This document shows positions 13,286-28,200 of a stretch of 64,000 nucleotides of DNA, in pieces. The notes under the pieces are model-generated. The model was not told the origin of the DNA. It saw only the letters and a list, made by a program, of their open reading frames with translations, and made no database searches. Location: NCBI RefSeq assembly GCF_964355755.1, contig NC_092675.1:24338912-24402911 (forward strand), written 5' to 3'. The DNA comes from Antedon mediterranea (taxonomy: Eukaryota > Animalia > Echinodermata). A program made the position numbers and the translations under genes. The stretch's first letter is position 1, and each line of letters opens with the position of its first letter.

Positions 13286-16200
13286 ATATAATAATCATCA
13301 TATTCCAAATGTGAACACTACTGAGTACTGGATGCAACATACTAAATGTTTTAGTTTCAACTTACCGTTATCTACATCCTGACACCTATCTCCACCATAA
13401 CCTTGGCGACATGTACAGGTTGGAGGTTGCACATCGTCGTTGCAGATTCCTTCATTTTCACAGTATTCAGAGGTGCATAACTCTAAAATGTAGATTATTA
13501 AAATGCATACTTTCATAACTTATTTTAATAAGTTATGAAAGTCTGCATTTTAATAATTTAAAAAAGGGTTTCTGTACTAGACCCACTGATGTAGTAGATT
13601 GAGCTTGTCACAATGAATACCCGGCTAATATAGTAGCAAGGGGAATGTTTGCACAATTTAATGGAAAAATTAAAAATCCCTAATAGTCTCGGCTTATGTA
13701 GAACAAATACCAGTAAAGCAATTAGGGAAGAATGTGATTATATGTAATAGACAGGACAAGAACGGACGGAAAATCAACTGAATTACAACTACCTACTAAT
13801 CAAATTGTCTAGTACAGTTTAATTAAAATAGTCAGCTGAAATGACTGATTAACCACTTTCCCGCTGTTCAGTACGTTTCTGATTGAAAAATAAATATACA
13901 ATCTACAATAAGTATTTTCCCAAATGATTATATAAGCCGTTTAATACTGCAATAGTTTAATTTTGTTGTTACGCATATTTTACCTTGATTGGGTACTACG
14001 GTACATCCCATATTATAACATTTGATTTGACTAATATCTCGTAGTTTTAAACATAAGCGATGGAAGTGTACTACCATACAACTTTTCCGGGTTGTAAAAG
14101 AGCAACAAACCAAACTGTATGCCAATCTGTTTAACAACAAAATACATTTCGTGCTCAAAACACCAAACATCAGAAAAAATATGTTTACCTTTAACAGTTA
14201 TGAAATCAACAAAAAACTGAGTAGTTGGTAGAGTTCCATTTTGTAGGATTGAATTTGTAAGGACAGTTTGTATTTCATCAGCAGTTGTTGTACCATCTCT
14301 AAATTCTATCTGCAGGTTGGTAATTATACTGCCTGGTTCAAAGCTTGCACGACAACTTTGAGTATCACTGAATATTCCACTTCCTTTCAATGTGTTCATC
14401 GCCTTCATTGAAAAAATACAAGATAGGAAATTACAGTAAAGTATATCATTAAAGAACATATAAAACTAGTTAAAAAAAAGAATCAATACTTGGTTTTATA
14501 ATATTCATCCTCAATTGACGATTAGACCCATGGTAGCAAGTGTCTACTGTAAACGACCAGCATCCTACTCTCGAATAGTGCTTTGGGTTGTTTAAAGTAT
14601 ACATGAGCAAGTCAATAAAAATAAGTCTTTTTATTGTGTTTACCACAAGAAATATGGTCGAGGAGAACCTTGAACTTATGCTGAGTTTATTGTCTCCCTT
14701 TTGCGGCGCCCCTGACTTAACCTCTCTGCCCACTATTGCTATAATGACTATAAATTGTGATTTTTATTCATTACGTAACATTTTCTGTACACAACATTTT
14801 TGTTATTTTGGTCATGGTAATCAACTTTGTTTGTTTCTATTTTGAAACATATTTTTCAAAATATTTATTTGAGATGCGTTTACGGTATAACATTCCCTGT
14901 AAATACGATCTTACATTAGTTTCTTATTTGATTATCTGTAAAACATTTAAAACATAGTGTTATACTATTAATAACATACAAAGGAGCACAAAATTTGTTC
15001 ATATTCTATGTAGAGTTCAGATTCACTGTCATCAAGGTCACTGTCATATATTGCTTCATTTTCTCCAATGTGTGTTATCGTTATAGATACCGAAAAACTT
15101 TCTGATCCTGAAATGAAATATTCGAAATAAAAAGTATTTATAGTAAATTAAATACTATAAATGATATAATGACACATTATAATACACAATTCACACTTTC
15201 CTACATACCTAGTACAGAGAACATATGGAAAGGGTACTACTTCATTAAAGATGCTATATTTTTTACATTTTGTAAACGTGGCAGGCCCATCTGGAATTCC
15301 TGCCAGACAGTCGGGACATGGATTCAGGTCGTGTAGGTCAAGCCGGGTCCGGGATTGGTATAGGAGATCGGGCCGAAATTTTTACTTGAAAAAAAGACAC
15401 CTAATAATAGGCCGAGAGCTGTGTTGTGAAATAAACATAAACTAGAATAATTTAAATAAAAACTAATACTTTCGTATAGGGTATAATTATGTAAATAATA
15501 AAACAATTACCTATTTCAGCTAAGACTGTTGTTTCAGAATAAATTGTTGTTTCTTTAAGATCAGTTGCAGGCATTGCGGTAGCTACTGTTGTTGTTACAT
15601 CAGTTACCTTTATGGTAGACATTACTTCTCCAGACTGGGTAGCAGTATTTTCTTTGAGAGTCGTTGGCTGGGGTGTTGTATCTCTCTCTGTTGCCATTTC
15701 TGCAAGAGATGTATGTTGCATTGTTGTAATTGTTTGCTGTTCTTCATCTTCGGTGACTGTTTCTTTCATAGTACTTTGTTCTATTGTTGTTGGGATTGTT
15801 GGCTGTTCTTCATCATCGGTGACTGTTTCTTTCATAGTACTTTGTTGCATTGTTGACATTGTTGGTTGTTCTTCATCTTCTGTCACTGTTTCTTTAATAG
15901 TACTGTGTTGCAATGTTGTTGCCATTGTTTGCTGTTCACCTGTGACTGTTTCTTCCATAGTAGTTTGTTGTATTGTTGTTGGCATTGTTGGCTGTTCTTC
16001 ATCTTCGGTGACTGTTTCTTTCATAGTACTTTGTTGTAATGTTTTTGGCATTGTTGGCTGTTCTTCATCTTCCGTGACTGTTTCTTTGATAGTAGTTTGT
16101 TGTATTGTTGTTGACATTGTTTGCTGTTCTTCATCTTCGGTGACTGTTTCTTTCATAGTACTTTGTTGTATTGTTGTTGGCATTGTTGGCTGTTCTTCAT

Positions 16201-19200
16201 CTTCAGTGACTGTTTCTTTCATAGTAGTTTGTTGTATTGTTGTTGACATTGTTGGCTGTTCTTCATCTTCAGTGACTGTTTCTTTCATAGTACTTTGTTG
16301 TATTGTTGTTGACATTGTTTGCTGTTCTTCATCATCGGTGACTGTTTCTTTGATAGTAGTTTGTTGTATTGTTGTTGACATTGTTTGCTGTTCTTCATCA
16401 TCGGTGACTGTTTCTTTGATAGTAGTTTGTTGTATTGTTGTTGACATTGTTGGCTGTTCTTCATCTTCACTGACTGTTTCTTTCATAGTACTTTGTTGTA
16501 TTGTTGTTGACATTGTTTGCTGTTCTTCATCATCGGTGACTGTTTCTTTGATAGTAGTTTGTTGTATTGTTGTTGACATTGTTTGCTGTTCTTCATCTTC
16601 GGTGACTGTTTCTTTCATAGTACTTTGTTGTATTGCTGTTGGCATTGTTGGCTGTTCTTCATCTTCAGTGACTGTTTCTTTCATAGTAGTCTGTTGTATT
16701 GTTGTTGACATTGTTTGCTGTTCTTCTTCACCTGTCACTGTTTCTGTCATAGTACTTTGTTGTATTGTTGTTGGCATTGTTGGCTGTTCTTCATCTTCAG
16801 TGACTGTTTCTTTCATAGTAGTTTGTTTTATTGTTGTTGCCATTGTTGGCTCTTCTTCATCTTCAGTGACTGTTTCTTTGATAGTACTTTGTTGTATTGT
16901 TGTTGGCATTGTTTGCTGTTCTTCATCTTCAGTGACTGTTTCTTTCATAGTAGTTTGTTGTATTGTTTTTGGCATTGTTGGCTGTTCTTCATCTTCCGTG
17001 ACTGTTTCTTTCATAGTACTTTGTTGTATTGTTGTTGGCATTGTTTGCTGTTCTTCATCTTCAGTGACTGTTTCTTTCATAGTAGTTTGTTGTATTGTTG
17101 TTGACATTGTTTGCTGTTCTTCATCTTCGGTGACTGTTTCTTTCATAGTAGTTTGTTGTATTGTTGTTGGCATTGTTGGCTGTTCTTCATCTTCAGTGAC
17201 TGTTTCTTTGATAGTACTTTGTTGTATTGTTGTTGACATTGTTTGCTGTTCTTCTTCACCTGTCACTGTTTCTTTGATAGTACTTTGTTGTATTGTTGTT
17301 GGCATTGTTGGCTCTTCTTCATCTTCAGTGACTGTTTCTTTGATAGTACTTTGTTGTATTGTTGTTGACATTGTTTGCTGTTCTTCATCTTCAGTTACTG
17401 TTTCTTTCATAGTACTTTGTTGTATTGTTGTTGGCATTGTTTGCTGTTCTTCATCATCGGTGACTGTTTCTTTGCTAGTAGTTTGTTGTATTGTTGTTGA
17501 CATTGTTTGCTGTTCTTCATCTTCGGTGACTGTTTCTTTCATAGTACTTTGTTGTAATGTTGTTGGCATTGTTTGCTGTTCTTCATCTTCAGTGACTGTT
17601 TCTTTGATAGTACTTTGTTGTATTGTTGTTGGCATTGTTTGCTGTTCTTCATCTTCAGTGACTGTTTCTTTGATAGTACTTTGTTGTATTGTTGTTGGCA
17701 TTGTTTGCTGTTCTTCATCATCGGTGACTGTTTCTTTGATAGTAGTTTGTTGTATTGTTGTTGACATTGTTGGCTCTTTTTCATCTTCAGTGACTGTTTC
17801 TTTGATAGTACTTTGTTGTATTGTTGTTGACATTGTTTGCTGTTCTTCATCTTCGGTAACTGTTTCTTTGATAGTAGTTTGTTGTATTGTTGTTGACATT
17901 GTTTGCTGTTCTTCATCATCGGTGACTGTTTCTTTCATAGTACTTTGTTGTATTGTTGGCTGTTCTTCATCTTCTGTGACTGTTTCTTTTATAGTACTTT
18001 GTTGTATTGTTGGCTGTTCTTCATCTTCTGTGACTGTTTCTTTCATAGTACTTTGTTGTATTGTTGGTTGTTCTTCATCTTCTGTGACTGTTTCTTTCAT
18101 AGTACTTTGTTGTATTGTTGGCTGTTCTTCATCTTCTGTGACTGTTTCTTTGCTAGTAGTTTGTTGTAATGTTGTTGACATTGTTTGCTGTTCTTCATCA
18201 TCGGTGACTGTTTCTTTGATAGTAGTTTGTTGTATTGTTGTTGACATTGTTTGCTGTTCTTCATCTTCAGTGACTGTTTCTTTGATAGTACTTTGTTGTA
18301 TTGTTGTTGACATTGTTTGCTGTTCTTCATTTTCGGTGACTGTTTCTTTGATAGTAGTTTGTTGTATTGTTGTTGGCATTGTTTGCTCTTCTTCATCATC
18401 GGTGACTGTTTCTTTCATAGTTCTTTGTTGCAATGTTTTTGACATTGTTTGCTGCTCTTCATGGTCTGTCAATGTTTCTGCTGTCATAGTACTTTGTTGG
18501 AATGTTGATGCTATTGTTTGTTTGATAGTAGTTGTTGGTACTGTTTGTTGTTCTATATCTTCTGTCACTGTTTCTTTCATAGTAATTTCTTGTATTTTTG
18601 TTGGCACTGTTGGCTCTTCTTCATCATCGGTGACTGTTTCTTTCATAGTTCTTTGGTGCAATGTTGTTGACATTGTTTGCTGTTCTTCATCATCGGTGAC
18701 TGTTTCTTTCATAGTTCTTTGTTGTAGTGTTGATAGCATTGTTCGTTGTTGTTTTTCATATGTGACTGTTTCAGTGATGGTACTTTGTTGCAATGTTGTT
18801 AACATTTTTTGTTTGTCCTCTTCATCTGTGACGGTTTCTCTTTGATCACCTACTGTACTCATTTCTTTAAAAGTAGATAGATCAGTTACTGTCGTCTGTT
18901 GGTTAAAATTAGTTGACTGTATCGTCGTCGCAGCTGAGGGTGGATTTGTTGATATTTCCGTATATGTAGGTAATTGTGTGATAGTTACCATATCTTGCTC
19001 TAAAAAATAAAATAATGTTGGTATGTTTTAGAATAGTAAAAATAATGCGTACGATAAGTTTGATATATTGTGAAATAACTAAATCTAGCAGTCTCTTAAT
19101 GTATATTATTATAATAGTATTAAAGATAGTTTGTGATCGAGTGTAGTTACAATGTACAGTAATCATCTAAAACTGTAGGTCTAGCTCATAAAATGTACTT

Positions 19201-22200
19201 AGAAATCAAACATTTCGTGGAATTCTTTAAATCATTCTTTACTGTCTTGTAAACATTTCGGAGCTGATAAATATACAAGATGTAATAATGGTAATAATGT
19301 TAATATTTTTACAGGCATGAGCGTCTGCAACACTGTGCGTACATGGATGTATTCTGTAATACACAGATTCTTACCATGTGTAATGATTATCCAATATGTC
19401 CTATCAACATTGTTGTCTGGGGGCAGATGCATGTTATCTGAACCTGTTAATTCTCCAAAAAATGCTGTAACAATATCCGTTTGTTTAATGTTCGTTGATA
19501 CAGGAAAATCGATTCTGAGAGTCACTTCAACATAGGGGTAAACCTGTCTGTGGTTTGCTACACTTACGTGCAGTATTGAATCACTAATGTTCGTCGATTT
19601 CATTAATTGATAAACCTAAATGAAATAGGAATTTAAAGAAGTATTAATATTGTGTGGTGTTTATTATGCAATGTGAACAATTAGATATATAATTTAACAA
19701 TGTCTATATATTGAAATAATAGTAATAACATACATCTTCAGCTAGCATAGTTCGAGTTTCGTATGAATTCAAAACACCTGGATTAATGCTGGCGACCATA
19801 CCCTTGATGTCCGTAAAGTTTACCACCAAGTCTATTGTCAATGCACCTAAAATATAATTATAACAATAAATATAGTATTTAATATCGTTATATATGCCTG
19901 GCTATTTTGATAAATGATCAGAATCATATCAGAGTCAAATGTAAATTGATAATTATTAGTTTAGAAATGTGTTTCTTTAAATCTTATCCCCATAATAAGA
20001 TGAACAGCAATACCGACAAAGCTTACGAAAAGGTTGTGGATATATAATATATCCAATGGCTATTAAAAGTAAGATAGTTCGGGTGCAGTCAAACATTAAA
20101 TTTAAACTTGAAATGCAATTCTTAACTTGCCTAGAAAGAAACAACAGTCAATACAACTTGTTATCAGAATGTTTGAGAATAAAGATGATTCATTGATTTA
20201 TACAGTATGTGATACTATGCCACCATATTTGTCTACCCAATTGGATGCGAAAGCTCACTATCGCTGATTATGACAACATTATTTGGACGCGGGTACATAA
20301 AAAAAATACTGTAAATACAAAATGTGTATAATTCTTGACAAACTTACCGATACAAACATCATTTTCATTAACAAAGTTAATCATACATATACATGTATAA
20401 TTTCCTTGAGTATTCTCGCATTTCTTGTTTTCATTTGAGTCACAGGGATTCTCAATCTCGCATTCATTTATGTCTGTATAAAATAAATAACAATTGCTGA
20501 TTGGTTAATAATTTAAAACACTATAAGACACATAATTGCTCTATATAAAAAGAAAAATCTTCCAAATAATTTTCTTCAATCGTTTTTTTTTACAAACAAA
20601 ATCTCAGGATTAAAATCATGCACTGATGAAGCGTGGTACCCGAAATTTATTTGTAAACCTGTCAAGTGACTGACATCATTTATCAGTAATTTGATTAAGA
20701 TTGAAATAATAATAATATAAACAATTAATTTAGCAGTATTAACCTTTTAAAAATGAGAAGAAGCAAATCCAATGTTAACAAATTTTTTAAAATCATAAAT
20801 ACATAATAAGCGAAAACAAACCGTTATAGTATCAGTTCCTCGTTCGTAATTTTATGTTTTTGCCTGAAATAGTAAGAAAATAAACAAAAACGGTAGAACC
20901 ATCAATTTAGCCATACCTGCACATTCAACTCCATTACCAGAATAACCATCGTTACAAGAACATTTGAATCCACTGACAACATTTTGGCAAGTTCCTTCAT
21001 CCGAACAATTGTGTACATTAAGCTGACATTCATCAACATCTACAAATAAAACGGAGTAGAAGAGAAGTATGAAAAGATAAAAACAATTATAGTGACAATT
21101 GATCATTTACCTACCTGGTTCCCCGATCGTCTCTAATTACACAATTAGGCCTACTACTCTGAAAGTCTTTTTTGCGTAGAATTTTTTTATTATATTACCA
21201 TGTTTATTAAATCATTAGGCCTACTACAATATTTATTAGGATTACAGCGGAGCATCACTTATACTATAATCAAAAATGTAAATTGTGCCAATTCCAAGAG
21301 AATGATCAAAAAAAAAATCAGAACAAATACATTTATAAAAGTGTTTTGCAAAGTAAAATATACCATCAAACATACCATCACAATTGCCAATTATTCCACT
21401 TCCTCCATTACTGCTAAAATAACCAGCATTGCAAACACATGCGTACGAGCCTTCTGAATCAATGCATAGCGCATTTGTATCGCAATTATCTTGGTTAAGC
21501 GTACATTCATCCACGTCTTTAAAAAAAAAGGAAATACTGTAGGTACATACATCGTTGATGTGGGATGGTAGACAAATCGATAGCAAATTAATCGTGTGAA
21601 ACCGCCGCTTGAAAATCAATTTGTAAACACTTTCAAAATTAATTATATACAAGCGAACATTGTTACTTTAGGAACTTATGTTCTGTTATCTATTAATCAT
21701 TTCATACATTAAAACGATATCTGTATAATAATTCGAAATTCCAAAACTATAACTGTCACAGCGGCAAAGAAGAAAAATGATGAGATACGGTAAACAAAGA
21801 AAGGAAAGAAAGAAATAGCAACAACGGTAGCCTTATGATATTTTCATACTTTCACATATCTGTCCAGTGCCATTAAATCCAGGATTGCACATGCATGAGA
21901 ATGAACCAGGAGTATCAGTACAGGTTGCCTGTTGGTGACAGTCATTGGTGTTGTCTGTGCATTCATCTATGTTCGTGCAATTTTTCGATCCATCTCCACG
22001 GTAACCATCTACACACATACATTGGTAGGACCCTACTATGTTTGTACATTCAGCTTTTGTATGACAACTACTGTTCACATGACATTCGTTAATATCTGTA
22101 CGAAAATAATATACATGTTATAACACAATAGTGATAATTCATTTGGTTTAAATATTGATTATCGGCGATTCTCGACTTAAAGATGGCTATAGTCCCCCAA

Positions 22201-25200
22201 AAAAATGAAAGATGAAGGCAGTTTTAATCAAGTTATTTACTTCCGTAGAAAGTCAAAGTAAACGGTTAAATTTTACAGGCAATTTAGACTATTTGGGCCT
22301 TAAAGTACTGCTTTTCCAATTTGTTTGGACAATTATGCAATACTGAAATGGTATATTTAGAAAAAGTGTATAGATATTTCCTTATTCATTGTACATTATG
22401 TTATGTTTGTGTTAAAACATGATATCGGAGTTTAGTTTAAAATGTTGCTTTTAAATGTCTCACCTTCACAAGTTTCGCCATCGCCAACAAATCCAGAGTT
22501 ACATGTGCATGAATAATCACCAGGTGTATTGGTACAGGTGGCCATTGAATCACATGGCATGGTTGAACACTCATTTATATCTATAAATTAACATTTTTAA
22601 AAGGAGTATACAACATTACTGTAAATGAAAACATAATAGTTAATCTTACGTTTTCGTTATAAAAATAACGTTGAACTTGACAACTTCGAGTTAAAGGAAG
22701 AGGACTACATTAATATATTTTAGCATTAAAATTACTAATTTTCTTTCTTGCAATATGATATTATTATTATTATTTACTTAATAAACAAAATAATCCGTTT
22801 AAGCAGTTTAATTCTCTCGATGGTTATAGATATACATACGTTTTTTGGGAAGCACTTCCCATCATCAGTGTGAACTATATTATTATGTTATTTGTTTATA
22901 ATGTGTGTTGCAGTAAGTAAAAATAACAGCCAGAATAAGTGCATGTAAAAGGAGAATAACCTATTTTAAGAACTATACTCACCAAAGCACATCATTCCAT
23001 TTCCAGTATATCCGTCATTACAGTGGCACATGTAGGATCCATTATTATTGTCGCAGTACGCAGCATCATCACATCGCCCATACTCGCATGTTTCATTTCC
23101 AGTACAGTAAACACGAATATGTTCACATTCATCTACATCTATGGAATTAAAGCATAAACATAACTTGTATAAACTAGTGATTTTTTTTATAATAGCGGGA
23201 AGAAATCTATAATTTAAATATTGATAATTGGGGTAAATCTGTTGTCAGAAAGTTATTTTTGATGATAATGTAATGTTATTAAACCCCATGGTTTTCTTTT
23301 TCAGCCTGCAGTATTATGTCTGCTGAAAATTAGTTGTGTTCGTTTTGTTTTGAAGGATCAATGTGTGTTTTTACTTCTAGTTAAATACTCATACCACTTT
23401 AATGCTGATTTATGTAGCCTTCATGCTTCTATCGATGCTATGCTTATTATGTTTTGTATTGACCATTATATAATTCAGAATTGAAAAAAATGACCAAGAC
23501 AATTCGTTGGAGGGATTAATATGAGTGTTTACATCAAGTTATTCCGATCCATGTAATGGTGTCTTTATCTATTACTCGTGCATCTTATGTTATTGCTAAT
23601 ATTTATGTAGCCTTCATGGTATCTAATAATATAGGCCTATATATGTATTGACCTGTATACGTATTGACCATTATGAAATCAATGTTAAAATTAAAATATA
23701 AAAATTGACCTTGATATCTTTACACATTGTTGTTATAAGTATGTAAAATAACTTGTTGCTTACTGTATAAAAAAATCATTACCTTCACATTGCTTTCCGT
23801 TTCCTAAATATCCTAAATTACATGAACATATGTACGTTCCAGGGGCATTTGCACACATTGCATTTTGGTCACATGAAGACGAAAAATCACATTCATTTAT
23901 ATCTGAAAAGGTAATTCAATAAGATAAGATAAAATAAGATAATAATAAGAATTATAAAGCGCACATACCCACAAAGTGCTCAAGGATCTTAAAGAAAATG
24001 AATGGAATTCTGCATAATATTGTGTAGTATTGTATGCATCATTAAGGGAAGTTATACACAACATCTAACTTGTATAAAAGTCAAACCCTTTGTAAATTAT
24101 AAATTATAATAATTTACTAACTACACGCATACAATTCTACAAGGACGGATTCAATCGAATGAGAATTTGATTTTGTCTATTTATTATTAAGTAGGTAAGT
24201 ACTAGCATACCTTCACAGTTTCTCAGATCTGCCGATAACGCATAACCGTCGCCACAAGAACAATTGTACGATCCATCCGTGTCAATGCAAACGTCACTAC
24301 ACATATGTGTAGTGTTAGTGCATTCATTTACATCTAAAAATAAATCACAGTAGTAGTAATGTAGTTGATAACCGTAATGTTTATTTTACCTTTACTTTTT
24401 TATATCCATATAAATACTGATGAATGCGTAACGGCTTGCAATGGACTTTCTAGACATGAATAATGGTGGTGTAATTTAATAGCTCAAGACAATAACACAA
24501 ATTAAAGGCCAAAATAGCATTACCCGTAAATTGTTATTAAAATACAAACCATCATCATGTGTGAGAAGAGGAAAGATTGAAACTAAATACTGTATTTACT
24601 TTAATAATTATAAAATTAAACTGTAAATCTAAATATTAATCACGTTACATACTTAGACAATGCGTTGTATTCCCGTCAATCGCTTCATAGCCGGTCTTGC
24701 AGAGACACGATACATCATTTCCGTTCATTGAACAAAAGGCATTCACACATGGGTCGGTATTGCATTCTGCCCCTTGTATAGCTATGTGAAGGTAAGTCAA
24801 ATATGTTACTTTATTTAAATATCATTCAACTAGTATAAACGTCATCCGAGCATAGGACAACATTTACCTAAGACATGATAACTATGTAAACAAATATTAG
24901 CAATCGATTGGGTCTATTCCTTACAAAGTAAAGTTAAGAATGTTATGATACAACTGTGCCTTCTCGAGTGAAAATAAGTCTCGATTTTCTCTTTTCTTTA
25001 TTTAGAAATCACACACACACACACACACACGGCAATAATATGGTTTCATAGAACGTAATATTTCAGTTAAGCTTAACACAATGACTACTCCATTTAACAC
25101 TTACGTCATCAACCGTGACATTTTAGTATAGGCCTATGGCCATAATTTATGTGCGCAAAACGAGTTTGTAGACCAATCGGGTTTGAAAATCAACCTGTAA

Positions 25201-28200
25201 TGTCTATAAACATTCATTATTAATGTGTATATTAGTTGATAAACAGAAAAACAATCTGTAACTTACGTTGACAGGATACGCTATCATTGCGTAGTTCATA
25301 GTTGTTGTTACAATAACAACTATAATGTCCTACTGTGTTGTTACACATTTGATGGCAGTCGTTAATTCCAAGTTGGCATTCATCAATATCTGCAATTACA
25401 TTACACAATATAATCTTACAAAATTGAATACATGTCCGTTTTAGACGAAATACAGAGAGACATGTATATACTATAGCTTGTTCAAAGTGTCCCAACTTTG
25501 TATGTTTTCAACAATTCAACAATCCCCACCTTTTTTAATGTATCGTGTATTATTTGACCACATACTAACTGATGAATGCCCACCAAGTTGGGTTGCGTTT
25601 GCGTGGATCACATAACCCGTTTATGACGAGTTCAAATCTACCTGTAATATTTCTATTATTTCTTTAGGCTTACCTTTACATTCATTTCCAACCAATGAGT
25701 AGCCAGACTGACAGGTGCACACGAAACTTCCAGGTGTATTGCTACAGTGTGCATTTATGCCACACGTGTTATTTGCCAAACATTCGTTTATGTCTAAACA
25801 AAACGTATACATTAAGTTATAAACTCGTACATTGTAAATTTTGTTAATCATATTACTGATTCTGTTATTTATTTAGAATTTGTATTACAATACCTGAACA
25901 TTCCTCGTTATTTAACTCATAGCCAGGTTTACATGGACAATCAAATCCTCCATTTGTATTTGAGCACCTAGATGTTTCTAAACAGTCATGAGTGTTGCTA
26001 GAACATTCATCAACGTCTGTTGGAAAGACAATATCGTATCAAGGTATCCTTATTCATAAAATCAAATAATAAACAGCAATATAATCAATCTCATTTGCAG
26101 TAAAACACTGAAATGTGAACAAAGAGTATACAGCGCGAGCGGCGGAAGATAAGTCAAACTTCGAACTTGGTCTAGAAATCTGCACTAAGTCCCTCCCACA
26201 GCCTTGGAAACGTTTCCACGACTTCAGATGCATTGATGTTGCTGCCTTATGACATGGTGGAAAGAGGGGCGTATAATTCTGTGAACCCTAAACACAGTAG
26301 CTCGCATATCTTTAACTCTATTCAAACACGGAACGTTCCGACCAGCGTGGGATTCTAACCCCTGTAATTCGCGTTGTTAACACGACTGAACTAACCGGTC
26401 ATCTTGTTTATAGGTTAAGGTTAATACAAGCTTCGTTTTCTCAAGATGAAGTTCATGAATATACATATATATGACGCCACATGAATCACGTAACATGAAT
26501 CACGTATAAATAGACTATTGTCTAACCGTAACGGGTAATGCTCTGTTTTGATAACCACACCTCTAGCCCCGGTTCAAATCTCTAATGATTTTTTTTAATT
26601 ATTTTTTTTATGGAAAATAAATATTGTTTTTATTTTATTTTGAAGAAAATATTTGTTTCAAAGGACAATTATATTACAATATATCTTGAATTAATATTAG
26701 TTATTTTAGAATATTTGAATTGGTAACATTTTATTATTACAAATTATTTATTTAAAACAGTACCATATAATTATTTACATGAAGAATTCATTAATCTAAA
26801 ATAAGACGACAACAAAGAGGTTCTTTAAAATTACTTATCCGGCCATCAAGAAGAATACTTTTTGTACTTTTCGTAAGTTTTTTAAAATACGACTGTAAAT
26901 CACTAAATATATTGGTATTGTATGACTCCAAACCACAGTTGTTGGTTCGAGAAGAAAGAAAGCACAGCTACGCATAAAGCAATGATCTTTGAACGTGTTT
27001 CAATAACGTTCTAGACATTTTTAATCACTTATTGAAACATGCAACATGTGCCGCAAACATTAATGTAATCAAGTAATTAAGTAAACTAAATATCTATACT
27101 TTAAGAATTATTAATTATAGTTACCAATGCATGTAGATCCATCTCCAACATAACCACTAGGACAACTACAAAAGTAACTTCCAGGTGTGTTTTCACAAAT
27201 TGATCGATTACCACAAACACTAGCAAAGCATTCATTGATATCCTCGCAGAAAGATCCATTACCAGTCCAACCAGGCAAGCAAGAACATCTATAGGACCCT
27301 TGAGTGTTGATACAGTCTGCGAACATGTCGCAAGAATGAAGTTCACGAGTACATTCATTAATATCTGGTGAAATATGGAAATTACATTGTTAATATTGTG
27401 TTAATATTATCTAGTGTAAAAGAAAAATAATACGTGTTCTAGATTAAAACGATTTAGCCTAACCATCCCACTTATATAAATGTTATTTCTACAGTACCAT
27501 GAAATGAGTAATACATTGGTATCGTAAAGATAAGCACTTTGTAAATATGCAAAAAACAAATGCGTGTATACCTTGACAGCCTTTTCCATCTCCTTCATAT
27601 CCATTTACACATTGGCAAATATACGATCCACTAGTATCAGTACAGTCAGCATTTTCATCGCATGGATAATCAGCCATATTACATTCGTTTATATCTTAAA
27701 ATACAAACATTAAACTCATTTTAATTATCTATTTATTTCTGAATCGACAAAAAAATAAACTTTAAACAATAAAATCAAATGGAGGTGGAAAGAAAGGGGG
27801 GAAAAGGCAGTAAATTTCCCTCAAAGTCTTTATTGTTTTAATATTTAAAAGGCTAATAGTAAATTTTCAGCAGAATCCACCACAGAACTTACTGTTGCAT
27901 ATCTGTCCATTGCCATTGTAACCTTCTGAGCATGTGCAGTTGAATGATCCTTCTGTATTTTCACAGGTTGCATACTCACTACAATCATCAGTCATCATCA
28001 TGCACTCATCAATGTCTATGAAATATTAATAGTAAATTACAATCTATCTTATAAAACGAATAATCTGTCACGCTAGTACATGTATGCATTATTGTACTAA
28101 CTGTCTCGTTTGACAAGATAGAATGAATGTTCCTTTTATTGTCCTGATTTATGTATACATATCATATATTTTTTAATCGATATATTGATGCCAAAACAGC

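Noticed and set aside
12236-13340. Hydrophobic short ORFs in the intron before the TM exon
   Set aside because: They are AT-rich or (TA)n low-complexity translations with no splice or domain support.
15284-15374. GC-rich intronic patch with short inverted ends (GGCCC.ATCT / AGATCGGGCC)
   Set aside because: It is too short and degenerate to call a MITE or an exon, and the exon chain is complete without it.
16285-18399. Short alternative-frame ORFs ([13 protein letters not shown]..., [10 protein letters not shown]...)
   Set aside because: They are off-frame or antisense readings of the mucin repeat.
15612-18845. 1,077-aa plus-strand ORF rich in Cys/Val/Ile/Ser
   Set aside because: It is the antisense shadow of the 66-bp mucin repeat. 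A stop-free unit stays open when repeated, and the minus frame has splice sites and fits the gene.
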